Below, piece after piece: positions 28,088 to 36,884 of a stretch of DNA of 64,000 bases; positions within the stretch are counted from its first letter, which is position 1, and every line of letters starts with the position of its first letter. The position numbers were made by a program, and so were the translations under genes. The stretch is from positions 193,179 through 257,178 of IMG/VR virus record IMGVR_UViG_3300011113_000805; one strand, 5' to 3'. The notes beneath the pieces are model-generated. The model saw nothing but the letters and a program-made list of their open reading frames with translations, was not told where the DNA came from and did not search any database.

Positions 28088-28323
28088 GTTCCTGGAGAAA
28101 CCCATGCACTTGGAAGATTCGTGATGATGAGCTCGGCATGAACCGGGATAACAGGCTCGAGCCATGAGATATCACGAACCTCACCGGAGGCGAGATCGAG
28201 CACTTCGAGATTATTGATCTTCATGCAAACGGCGCCTCCGAAGTCAGGCACCAGGAAAATGTCACCGATGACGAAGTCCTCGAACTTGTGGGTGTTGAAA
28301 ACGGTACGATTTGTGATCTTCAT
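28081..28323 (-). CDS. Hypothetical protein (paralog of 44504..44701)
   Basis: MKI...F.D...G..F...MKI..V.L.SG; GGAGG RBS; type A promoter. Confidence 0.65.
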   Translation of the reverse strand: MKITNRTVFNTHKFEDFVIGDIFLVPDFGGAVCMKINNLEVLDLASGEVRDISWLEPVIPVHAELIITNLPSAWVSPGTV

Positions 28324-28863
28324 GGGTCATTTCCTCCATTGTTGTCTGTAATATAATCACTCTGTGACAGGATGAACAGGTGACGGGAGCACTTTTGTGA
28401 AAGATTTTTAGGGGGCCCTAGGGGACTTGGGCGCCCGCCAACTATAGTCAACTTCCGCCAACTTTATTCTCACACACGCCGCGGCAAAATGTTCAAAAAG
28501 AAACCCCTAAATCTCCCATCCCATGGGAAAAATGTTTCACCTGATTCAACCAGTACCCATTTAAAAGTTCTCCGGAGAGACATGGTGGAATGCCGCCTGG
28601 ACCCCGGGCATGCCCACAGAATGAGCGGCCCTATGCCTAAAGAGAGTCTCCTGAAGCCTCGTCACATGTACAAAGATACATGCAAGTGGCAAGAAAATGT
28701 GTCACAGGAGTCAACTAATGACGAGACATAGCAAGAATTTGCATGGCCAGGAAGGGTCTTTCCCGGGGGCCCTAGGGTCTTCCTCGGGGGCCCTATGCGC
28801 TGCCGGCGCCGGTGACAGGGTTCCTTTAAAGGGTGGAATCTATTGGGACAGATGGAGTCTTAT

Positions 28864-29259
28864 TTAATCCACTCCAGTCCTGATGTATTTTCCGACAAAC
28901 TCTTTTAAAGCTTCTTCCATTTCATCTTCATTAATGATATCATCCCATGGGACACCATCAGGACCAAGATAGCCATAGCGACTAGTGAATTCTTCTTCGC
29001 CCAGGTTTTGATTGATCAAGACTGAAGAGTGAGCACGGTTAATCACAATCTTAAGGCTATTAATTAGTTCTGCTGTAATCATAGACGGCCAATTAGATCG
29101 CACAATCTCATGGATTTCTGAAAGTGCATCAAAACCAAAGTAATGAAGAATCGCCAGATGGCCTACACCAATATTTTCGATTAGATTGGTCGTCTCTCCG
29201 TCTTCGTATATCGAAAAATAAACATTGCTTGTCACAGACACTTTGCCTCGCTTTTCCAA
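28864..29259 (-). CDS. Acidic hypothetical protein
   Basis: ORF track. Confidence 0.55.
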   Translation of the reverse strand: MEKRGKVSVTSNVYFSIYEDGETTNLIENIGVGHLAILHYFGFDALSEIHEIVRSNWPSMITAELINSLKIVINRAHSSVLINQNLGEEEFTSRYGYLGPDGVPWDDIINEDEMEEALKEFVGKYIRTGVD

Positions 29260-29529
29260 GCAGCATATTCTTCTTCATTCAGATAAATAGAGCTTTCTTC
29301 TTCTAGCATAAGACTCTTTATAAAGTCTGGCACTTCTGCATAAGTCCAGTTTTGTGCTTCGATTCTGCTCTGGAGCGGTGCATTTTCTAAGAAATAATGG
29401 AGTCTTGAGGAGTGGCTGAGACATTCAATGCATTCTTCATTTAGTTTTGCGCCACACTCATTGCAAGGACAAAAGCATTGACTGGATTATTCAGCATCAA
29501 TCCTGCTCCGGAGAGTACATTTTGCATCT
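29232..29529 (-). pseudogene. 5'-disrupted Cys-rich (Zn-finger-like) gene remnant
   Basis: Open frame CPCNECGAKLNEEC...WKSEAKCL preceded by an in-frame TAA and no start. Confidence 0.4.
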
Positions 29530-30015
29530 TTATTGACCGGACTGGAGGTGTTCAACCAGCCACTGAGCTTGGGCTTCATATGAAACAGCCCAAGTAGCAC
29601 GAGCAGCCCAAGTAGCATGAACAGTAGCCCGAGCAACATCAGAAGCAGCCCAAGCAGCCCGAGCAGCAGCCCAAGCAGTAGCCCGAGCAGCAGCCCGAGC
29701 AGTAGCCCCAGCATCCCAAGCATCAAAAGCAGCAGCTACCAGCTCCTCAGAAGTGATGCTCTTCTCATTCTCCAGCCACCGGTCCACCAAGGACAGGGCA
29801 TGTGTCACAGTGTGATCCGGTTCACATTTCAGTCGAGCCAAAATCTTACCAGCGCACCACCGAGTGAAGATGACTAGGTCCCGGTGGGTGATGATTCCCA
29901 AATGCTCCCGGCCTTGAAGAAGAACGCAATTGAGCTGAAGGTTTTGGGTGAGCTCTGCCTCAAACAGAGTCGTCTGCCGGCCGGTGACCGGATCAATCAA
30001 TGTGTATTGGGCCAC
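29530..30015 (-). CDS. Ala-rich Imm5-like paralog
   Basis: Family motifs; GTG start. Confidence 0.8.
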   Translation of the reverse strand: MAQYTLIDPVTGRQTTLFEAELTQNLQLNCVLLQGREHLGIITHRDLVIFTRWCAGKILARLKCEPDHTVTHALSLVDRWLENEKSITSEELVAAAFDAWDAGATARAAARATAWAAARAAWAASDVARATVHATWAARATWAVSYEAQAQWLVEHLQSGQ

Positions 30016-30088
30016 GTCAAATCTCCGTGATGAGATCTGTTATTTCAGCACCGGCACTTTGTACAAGCGCCGAGAGAAAATAGCTGAA

Positions 30089-30574
30089 CTATTTTCCGGA
30101 CTGAAGGTGTTCAACCAGCCACTGAGCCTGAGACTTGTAAGAAAGCCCACGATCCTCAGCAGACCGAGCAACATCAGCAGCAACCCAAATAGCCCGAGCA
30201 GCCCGAGCAGCAGCCCAAGCAGCATCAGCAGCAGCCCAAATAGCCCGAGCAGCGTCAGCAGCATCAACAGCAGCCCAAGCAACCTCAGCGACGGCTTCCA
30301 GCTCCTCAGGAGTAACTCTCTTTTCATCCTCCAGCCACCGATCGACCAGGGTCAAGGCATACTGTGCCTCAGGAGTCGATGTGCCCTTCGCTCGAGCAAT
30401 TGCCTCCATGGCACACCACCGAGCAAAGGCGACCAAGTCTCGGTGGGTGATGATACCAATGTGCTCCCGGCCTTGCAGGAGGATGTAGTTAGGAGCGAGG
30501 TTTTGTGTCAGCTCGACCTCAGACAGAGTCGTCTGCTGGCCGGTAATAGGATCGATCAGTGTGTACAGGTGCAT
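30089..30574 (-). CDS. Ala-rich Imm5-like paralog
   Basis: Family motifs; start MHLYTL. Confidence 0.8.
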   Translation of the reverse strand: MHLYTLIDPITGQQTTLSEVELTQNLAPNYILLQGREHIGIITHRDLVAFARWCAMEAIARAKGTSTPEAQYALTLVDRWLEDEKRVTPEELEAVAEVAWAAVDAADAARAIWAAADAAWAAARAARAIWVAADVARSAEDRGLSYKSQAQWLVEHLQSGK

Positions 30575-30647
30575 GTCGAGCTCCGTAATGAGATCTGTTA
30601 TTACAGTGCCGGCACTTTGTACAGGCACCGCGAGCAAATAGTCGAAA

Positions 30648-31151
30648 CTATTTTTCGGACCGCAGATGCTCCACCAGCCACTGAGCTTGGACTTCGTACG
30701 AAGCAGTCTGAGTAGCCCGAGTAACCCAAGCAGTCCGAGCAGCAGCCCGAGTAGCCCAAGCAACAGCCTCAGCAGCAGCCCAAGCAGCCCCAGCAACAGC
30801 CTCAGTAGTAGCTCCAGCAGCCCAAGCAACAGCCTCAGCAGCCTGAGCAGCCCCAGCAGCCCGAGCAGCAGCTTCCAGCTCCTCAGGAGTAACACTCTGC
30901 TGGTCCTCCAGCCACCGGTCCACCAAGGACAGGGCATGTGTCACCTTCAGGTCAGGCTCATCCACCAGTCGAGCCAGCATCTTACCAGCGCACCACCGAG
31001 CAAAGGCGACCAAGTCTCGGCGGGTGATGATGCCAATGTGCTTCCTATCTTGAAGAAGAATGCAATTGAGCTGAAGGTTTCGTGTCAGCTCTGCCTCAGA
31101 CAGAGTCGTCTGCTGGCCGGTGGCAGGATCGATCAGTGTGTATTGGGCCAT
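30648..31151 (-). CDS. Ala-rich Imm5-like paralog
   Basis: Family motifs. Confidence 0.8.
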   Translation of the reverse strand: MAQYTLIDPATGQQTTLSEAELTRNLQLNCILLQDRKHIGIITRRDLVAFARWCAGKMLARLVDEPDLKVTHALSLVDRWLEDQQSVTPEELEAAARAAGAAQAAEAVAWAAGATTEAVAGAAWAAAEAVAWATRAAARTAWVTRATQTASYEVQAQWLVEHLRSEK

Positions 31152-31225
31152 GTCAAATCTCCGTGATGAGACCTGTTATTTCAGTACCGGCACTTTGTAC
31201 AGGTCCTGGGAGCAAATAGTCGAAA

Positions 31226-31768
31226 CTATTTTCCGGACTGGAGGTGTTCAACCAGCCAACATGCTTGGGCTTCATATGAAGCAATCTCAGTAGCCTCAGC
31301 AGCCCAAGCAGCCCGAGCAGCAGCCCAAGCAGCCTGAGCAGCAAACCGAGCAGCCTCAGCAGCAGCCCAAGCAGCCTCAACAGCCCAAGCAGCCCGAGCA
31401 GCAGCCCAAGCAGCCCCAGCAACAGCCTGAGCGGCAGTCCAAGCAGCAGCCTCAGCAGTCCGAGCAGCCCAAGCAGCATCAGCAGCAGCTTTCAGCTCCT
31501 CAGGAGTAACACTCTGCTGATCCTCCAGCCACTGGTCGACCATGGTCAGAGTATGTGTCACCTTCAGGTCAGGCTCATCCACCAGTCGAGCCAGCATCTT
31601 ACCAGCGCACCACCGAGCAAAGGCGACCAAGTCTCGATGGGTGATGATGCCAATGTGCTCCCCATCTCGAAGGAGGATGCAGCCAATCTGGAGGTTTCGG
31701 GTGAGCTCTACCTCAGACAGAGTCGTCTGCCGGCCGGTGGCAGGATCGATCAGTGTGTATTGGGCCAT
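31226..31768 (-). CDS. Ala-rich Imm5-like paralog
   Basis: Family motifs. Confidence 0.8.
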   Translation of the reverse strand: MAQYTLIDPATGRQTTLSEVELTRNLQIGCILLRDGEHIGIITHRDLVAFARWCAGKMLARLVDEPDLKVTHTLTMVDQWLEDQQSVTPEELKAAADAAWAARTAEAAAWTAAQAVAGAAWAAARAAWAVEAAWAAAEAARFAAQAAWAAARAAWAAEATEIASYEAQACWLVEHLQSGK

Positions 31769-31841
31769 GTCAAATCTCCGTGATGAGACCTGTTATTTCA
31801 GTACCGGCACTTTGTACAGGTCCCGGGAGCAAATAGCTGAA

Positions 31842-32327
31842 CTATTTTCCGGACTGGAGGTGCTCAACAAACGTTTGTGCTTGAGCTTCATAAGTGATGA
31901 TAGCATGATAATCAAGTGACCAGGCTATTTCAGCAATAATCTCCAAGGCCCAATTAGCATTGGCAATAACCCGCACCGGAGAAGCAATAATCCAATCCGG
32001 TGACCATATAGAAGTCTCACCATTGGTGATCACATATCCTGCAATGAAGTCAAGTTGTTCACAGGACAGGCTATTTGGATCCTCTAACCATTGATCGGCT
32101 AGCTGTATAGCATACAAAGAATCTGGTTCCGGTAGTTCGATCATCCGATTCTTTATCACATCTGCACACCGTCGAGCGAAGACGACCAAGTCTCTATATG
32201 TAACGACACCAATATGGTTATTCCCTTGAAGAAGAATGCAATTAAGCATAAGATTTTGCAATAGCTCGGTTTTAGGTACAGTTTTGCTAAAGCCTGTGAA
32301 AGGATTGATTAGAGTGTAATGGATCAT
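31842..32327 (-). CDS. Divergent Imm5-like paralog (non-repetitive middle)
   Basis: Family N- and C-termini; Ala tract replaced by AT-rich sequence. Confidence 0.75.
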   Translation of the reverse strand: MIHYTLINPFTGFSKTVPKTELLQNLMLNCILLQGNNHIGVVTYRDLVVFARRCADVIKNRMIELPEPDSLYAIQLADQWLEDPNSLSCEQLDFIAGYVITNGETSIWSPDWIIASPVRVIANANWALEIIAEIAWSLDYHAIITYEAQAQTFVEHLQSGK

Positions 32328-32399
32328 AGGAATTCCATGATGAGATCTGTTATTACAGTGCCGGCACTTTGTACAGGCACCGCGAGCAAATAGTCGAAA

Positions 32400-32525
32400 C
32401 TATTTTTCGGACCGCAGATGCTCCACCAGCCACTGAGCTTGAGACTTGTTGTGCTCCTCATCTCGAAGGAGGATGCAATCCTGCCTGAGGTTTCGTGTCA
32501 GCTCGACCTTGGACAGGTCGCCCAC
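32400..32525 (-). pseudogene. In-frame deletion remnant of an Imm5-like paralog
   Basis: LSKVELTRNLRQDCILLRDEEH fused to KSQAQWLVEHLRSEK*. Confidence 0.7.
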
Positions 32526-32533
32526 CGGCCGGG

Positions 32534-32959
32534 TCAGGCCACCCTCTTCGATCCGCCCTTCTTGGGGGCAACCGGGCCGCGGAAGACCAGGGTGTTGACC
32601 ACTCCCAAGTACCCGATCGGCTCCCCCTCAGCAGCCTTCTGCATCGCCTCGGAGGCTACCTCGTCGAGGCCTTCGGACCCTGGCACGGAGAATGCCACGT
32701 CCACGTCAGAGTCGTCACGGAACCTGTTCCTCTCAAGAACGGAGCCGATGATCCACACGGACACCTCCTCCGCTGGGAGGTCGAGGACCTCCGCGGCCAG
32801 TTCCTTGAGGGAGGGTGCGGCGCCGGCCACGGCGCGGATGGCATCCTTTCTGTACGCGTCGAGGTCGGGGTCTTGGGAGGCAAGGACCTCGTTGAGGGAA
32901 TGTGTCACTTCTTCACGGATGATAGACTTGAGCTTGGATAACTTTATCTTCATGGGCAA
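32534..32959 (-). CDS. Leader-bearing minimal nucleotidyltransferase (Pol-beta/MNT fold)
   Basis: IIGSVL...DSDVDV; leader LSKLKSIIREEV...LNE. Confidence 0.75.
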   Translation of the reverse strand: MPMKIKLSKLKSIIREEVTHSLNEVLASQDPDLDAYRKDAIRAVAGAAPSLKELAAEVLDLPAEEVSVWIIGSVLERNRFRDDSDVDVAFSVPGSEGLDEVASEAMQKAAEGEPIGYLGVVNTLVFRGPVAPKKGGSKRVA

Positions 32960-33042
32960 TAAGTATGTCTGCCGCCGAGAAACCCATTAAAGAATAAAAG
33001 CGGGTCAAGTCGTGCGGGCTGTTTGGAGCAACTTTTGTATCT

Positions 33043-33525
33043 TTATTGACCAGACTTCAGGTGTTCCACAAACCACTGTGCCTGAGACTTGTAAGAAAGC
33101 CCACGATCCTCAGCAGACCGAGCAACATCAGCAGCAGCCTCAGCAGCGTCAGCAGCATCAACAGCAGCCCAAATAGCCTCAGCAGCAGCCCAAGCAGCCC
33201 GAGCAGCAGCCTCAGCACCAGCCCGAGCAGCAGCCTTAGCAGCGTCTTTCAACTCCTCAGAAGTGATGCTTAGCTCATCATCCAGCCACTGGTCGACCAT
33301 GGTCAGAGCATGCGTCACCTTCAGGTCAGGCTCATCCACCAGTCGAGCCAGCATCTTACCAGCGCACCACCTAGCAAAGGCGACCAAGTCTCGGTGGGTG
33401 ATGATGCCAATGTGCTCCCCATCTCGAAGAAGGATGCAGTTGAGCTGGAGGTTTCGTGTCAGCTCGACCTCAGACAGAGTCGTCTGCCAGCCGGTGGCAG
33501 GATCAATCAAAACATAGTCAGGCAT
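33043..33525 (-). CDS. Ala-rich Imm5-like paralog
   Basis: Family motifs. Confidence 0.8.
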   Translation of the reverse strand: MPDYVLIDPATGWQTTLSEVELTRNLQLNCILLRDGEHIGIITHRDLVAFARWCAGKMLARLVDEPDLKVTHALTMVDQWLDDELSITSEELKDAAKAAARAGAEAAARAAWAAAEAIWAAVDAADAAEAAADVARSAEDRGLSYKSQAQWFVEHLKSGQ

Positions 33526-33600
33526 GTCCAGGACTCCGTGATGAGATCTGTTATTTCGGCTGAGTCGCTTTGTACAGGCACCGCGAGCAAATAGTCGAAA

Positions 33601-34092
33601 CTATTTTTCGGACCGCAGATGCTCCACCAGCCAACGTGCTTGGGCTTCATATGAAGCAATCTCAGCAGCAATCTCGACAGCAGCCCAAGTAGCATGAGCA
33701 GCGGCCTGAGCAGCCGTGGTAGCAGCCCAAGCAGCCCGAGCAGCAGCCCAAGCAGTAGCCCGAGCAGCAGCCCGAGCAGCAGCCCCAGCATCCCAAGCAT
33801 CAAAAGCAGCAGCTTCCAGCTCCTCATTGCTGACGCTCTGTTGGTCCTCCAACCACCGGTCGACCAGGATCAAGGCATACTGCGTCTCAGGAGCAGGTGT
33901 GCCCTTCACTCGAGCCAGTGTCTCAACTGCTAGCCATCGAACAAAGACAACCAGATCCCTATGGGTAACAATGCCAATATGCTCATTCTCTCGAGCAAGA
34001 ATGTCATTGCTGGCTATTTTTCGTGTTAGATCATGCTCTTGTACAATTTTGTTCATTCCCGTAATGGGATTAATTAGTGTATACTCTGTCAT
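33601..34092 (-). CDS. Ala-rich Imm5-like paralog
   Basis: Family motifs. Confidence 0.8.
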   Translation of the reverse strand: MTEYTLINPITGMNKIVQEHDLTRKIASNDILARENEHIGIVTHRDLVVFVRWLAVETLARVKGTPAPETQYALILVDRWLEDQQSVSNEELEAAAFDAWDAGAAARAAARATAWAAARAAWAATTAAQAAAHATWAAVEIAAEIASYEAQARWLVEHLRSEK

Positions 34093-34158
34093 GGCATTTT
34101 CCTTAAAGGATTATACCAATCAAGGTCTCACATTTACAAATTTGAACACCTAACGCTT

Positions 34159-34755
34159 TCACTCGAACTTAATCAATCCCAAACCGGTGAGAGCATCGAT
34201 GGTTGGTGTTCCTTTCTTTCTATAAACTTTGGAAAGTGGTGATCCCTGCCACGTTTCGCCAGGCTGTAGTTTCGCATTAGATGACCTTTGAATACAGTCA
34301 TCCTCTTCTATGTCAGGTGTGATTGTGCCTGGCTTTGAATCAAGCTGTTGATAATGAACATCCGAACGATTGTCATAGTAATACTGCCATACCCTTTTTG
34401 CATCAGGTGAAATAATTTTTCTGTCAGACATCAAGCCAGCAGGACCGGCCAGCTCCATAGCTATATCATAGAGGAGTGGACCCAGCCCGCGGATTCTTGT
34501 GTCAGAAGTGTTAACTTCGTATGCACCTAAGCAATTCCCGTAGTCTGGCATAGGACGAGCCATTGACAAGGTTCCAACTGAATTGTAGGCATCTTCGAAT
34601 TTCTCAGCTATAATACGATACCCGCCTAGTCCAAATTTTGTTTTTGTTACTTTAAAATGTATTCCAAGTTCTGCAGCTTTCTTCGGGGTTAGTGCTGCCT
34701 CGACAAGAAGGGTCTCACGGATGAGCTGTCGAAGCCTATGCTCAGTGATTCTCAT
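34159..34755 (-). CDS. Leader-bearing GNAT-like protein (family G)
   Basis: MRITEHRLRQLIRE; RGLGPLLYDIAME. Confidence 0.6.
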   Translation of the reverse strand: MRITEHRLRQLIRETLLVEAALTPKKAAELGIHFKVTKTKFGLGGYRIIAEKFEDAYNSVGTLSMARPMPDYGNCLGAYEVNTSDTRIRGLGPLLYDIAMELAGPAGLMSDRKIISPDAKRVWQYYYDNRSDVHYQQLDSKPGTITPDIEEDDCIQRSSNAKLQPGETWQGSPLSKVYRKKGTPTIDALTGLGLIKFE

Positions 34756-35849
34756 GATACACTCACAATTTCCATCCAGTCGGCCCAAATTGTTCCAAGA
34801 CCGATGACTTCCTTTTCACTTGAGAAGTCTTCAAATTCATCAAGGTCCACACCGTAGAAACCCTCAGCATCGAGGAATTTACCAGGATTATTCGCTTTGC
34901 TGGCAGCAAAGACTACGGCATACAAATTCTTTCCTCTCCTATGCCTATTACGTAATGAGAATTCCTTGGCAATCTCATATGAGGATGACCATGAGGAGGA
35001 AAATCTGTCTTCAAGTGGCTTAATCTCGAATTTCCCCTTCATCTCCTGCGTCTTGATGCTTGAATCAATTTTCGTGATATCAATCCCCATTCTTTCAAGA
35101 TCATCGATGTTGAGCAACATTCCTCGATAGTAGGTACCAGAAGGAGGTTCCATGAAGATGTCTGGGTAGAGGTTGTCCTTTATAAAGCTCATGGCAAGTT
35201 GTGATTGCTGGCGAGAAAGGGAACGTTTTCCTAAGAAGTGATTACGGATTGAACGAAGAAGGGCGTTCTCAATACTAGTGTTCTTCTCCATTGGAGGAGG
35301 ACGGGCATTCATCATCTGTCTTTGCGGTGAGAATGCATACTTGCCAAGTGGGGATTCAGGTGGTGCCTTGGGCTCATATGCAGCCTCATACTCGGCAGCT
35401 CTACGACTCTCATCATCAGCTTCGCGACTTCTCTTCTCCTTTGTGATGGAGTCCGCATCCTTCCGGAGACGGTTTCCCACCCTCTTGATTCCCCTGGAAG
35501 CTCTCAGGTTCTTCCTATCATCGTTGTTGATGAACCTGACAAGCTGTCGGTAGATCCTAGCTAGGAATTTCCCGCCCGGTGTCTCTTTAAGAACGCTGTC
35601 GATGACATCATCAGGAGACTCATTGGCACCGTAGTCGAACCTGAAACCGGGTACAGACTCCTCGATGATACCAGCAAACTCACCATATGTCGGCCATCGA
35701 CCGTTGATCACCTCGAAGCTGGATCGAATCGTGAACTTCCAATAGTCAAAGACGCCATGGATGGAGTCACCGTCAGAATAGTTGATCCTCGCCTCCGTTA
35801 GTAACGTCTCGCGGACGAGCTGTCGAAGCCTAGACTCAGTGATTCTCAT
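34752..35849 (-). CDS. Leader-bearing R-S-E ADP-ribosyltransferase
   Basis: YYRG / SSSWS / EKEV. Confidence 0.7.
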   Translation of the reverse strand: MRITESRLRQLVRETLLTEARINYSDGDSIHGVFDYWKFTIRSSFEVINGRWPTYGEFAGIIEESVPGFRFDYGANESPDDVIDSVLKETPGGKFLARIYRQLVRFINNDDRKNLRASRGIKRVGNRLRKDADSITKEKRSREADDESRRAAEYEAAYEPKAPPESPLGKYAFSPQRQMMNARPPPMEKNTSIENALLRSIRNHFLGKRSLSRQQSQLAMSFIKDNLYPDIFMEPPSGTYYRGMLLNIDDLERMGIDITKIDSSIKTQEMKGKFEIKPLEDRFSSSWSSSYEIAKEFSLRNRHRRGKNLYAVVFAASKANNPGKFLDAEGFYGVDLDEFEDFSSEKEVIGLGTIWADWMEIVSVS

Positions 35850-36325
35850 GGCAGCTCTCCCTTGTAATAATGACTTCCTTTATCTTCCGGAAGTTCACTG
35901 AGATCTCGTCTCTCACCCTCTCGGAAGCCAGCAGCAATAAAGGCTCTTTGCGACTCTTTGTTTATATCTGCAATCCAAACCCTTGCTGGTAAATGCGAAG
36001 GATCGTTAAAGAACTCACTGATTGCCTTTCTTGCATAGCCTTTGCCTCTTGCCGATGGATCGACGTAAATTGCCCCAGCACGCCAATAGCCTCTATCAAA
36101 TCTAGGAGTCATAAATCCTACAGGGTTACCGGAATCATCAAGTATTACGAAACGCGCTGCATCCTTTTCAGGCCCCTTTACGAGGTTCAATCCGGCAAAC
36201 TCAGGATGCCTGTCTGCATCATTAAGGAGACTGTTGAGACGTTCTATGCCTTGATTACCAAGTGATGCTGGTTTAGTCAGTTCCTCCCTAATAAGCTGTC
36301 GAAGGAGCGTTTCTATGATGTGCAT
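35846..36325 (-). CDS. Leader-bearing GNAT acetyltransferase
   Basis: IYVDPSARGKGYA (motif A), N..S..AF..AGF. Confidence 0.8.
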   Translation of the reverse strand: MHIIETLLRQLIREELTKPASLGNQGIERLNSLLNDADRHPEFAGLNLVKGPEKDAARFVILDDSGNPVGFMTPRFDRGYWRAGAIYVDPSARGKGYARKAISEFFNDPSHLPARVWIADINKESQRAFIAAGFREGERRDLSELPEDKGSHYYKGELP

Positions 36326-36326
36326 T

Positions 36327-36851
36327 CTAATCATTGTCCTTAAATGATAGACTCCTGGTAACACTTGGCATTGTACTTGTCGCTTTCCTGAAAGCATTCA
36401 TGTATTCTTTTGATGTTACATTGTGCCGTCTATTTTTGTAATCAGGGAAGCCTTCATCTGCCATCACCCGTTCCATATGAGACTCATCCTCACCGGCCTC
36501 CAAGCGAACCTTGTTAAGATGCTCAATTGTTCCAGTGTATGGACTATATCGACTACTAAATCCAACAAGACTCTTTGTTAGTGTTTGTGCAGGTTCCTGA
36601 ATCCACTCATCATCACGTTTAATGTATTGTTCATAAACTACCCGACCACCGTCATCAGCATTGTCATCCCGTTGCATCTCAATTACACGCGCAATCTGAC
36701 CTGCATCACCCGAGAATATGAATAAGTCTGAAAAGTGCGGTGTGAGAGTCTTTCGAGAACGCTTTAACTTAAAGTCGACTGGAACAACATCACCTTCATG
36801 GATGAGCTCTTCCCTAACAATGCGTCTTAAGATTTTTTCTGAAATTATCAT
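36327..36851 (-). CDS. Leader-bearing hypothetical protein
   Basis: ISEKILRRIVREELIHE. Confidence 0.65.
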   Translation of the reverse strand: MIISEKILRRIVREELIHEGDVVPVDFKLKRSRKTLTPHFSDLFIFSGDAGQIARVIEMQRDDNADDGGRVVYEQYIKRDDEWIQEPAQTLTKSLVGFSSRYSPYTGTIEHLNKVRLEAGEDESHMERVMADEGFPDYKNRRHNVTSKEYMNAFRKATSTMPSVTRSLSFKDND

Positions 36852-36884
36852 AGCTACCCTCCTCGAAAATTTATGTCACTATAT

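Noticed and set aside
12270-30937. Track start codons upstream of the type B element (e.g. MLPGPVQSG..., MHFLHKVPVQ...)
   Set aside because: These extensions translate the promoter repeat; true starts follow the GGAG RBS
11297-33578. Classical integron with attC sites
   Set aside because: No IntI and no RYYYAAC/GTTRRRY boxes; the cassettes carry their own promoters
16311-33933. Long Ser/Pro-rich (+) and Leu-rich (-) ORFs over the Ala-rich array
   Set aside because: Shadow frames of GCT-rich repeats, with no RBS or promoter of their own
16422-34092. Diversity-generating retroelement
   Set aside because: No reverse transcriptase in the window; variation is repeat-unit shuffling and length change, not adenine-specific
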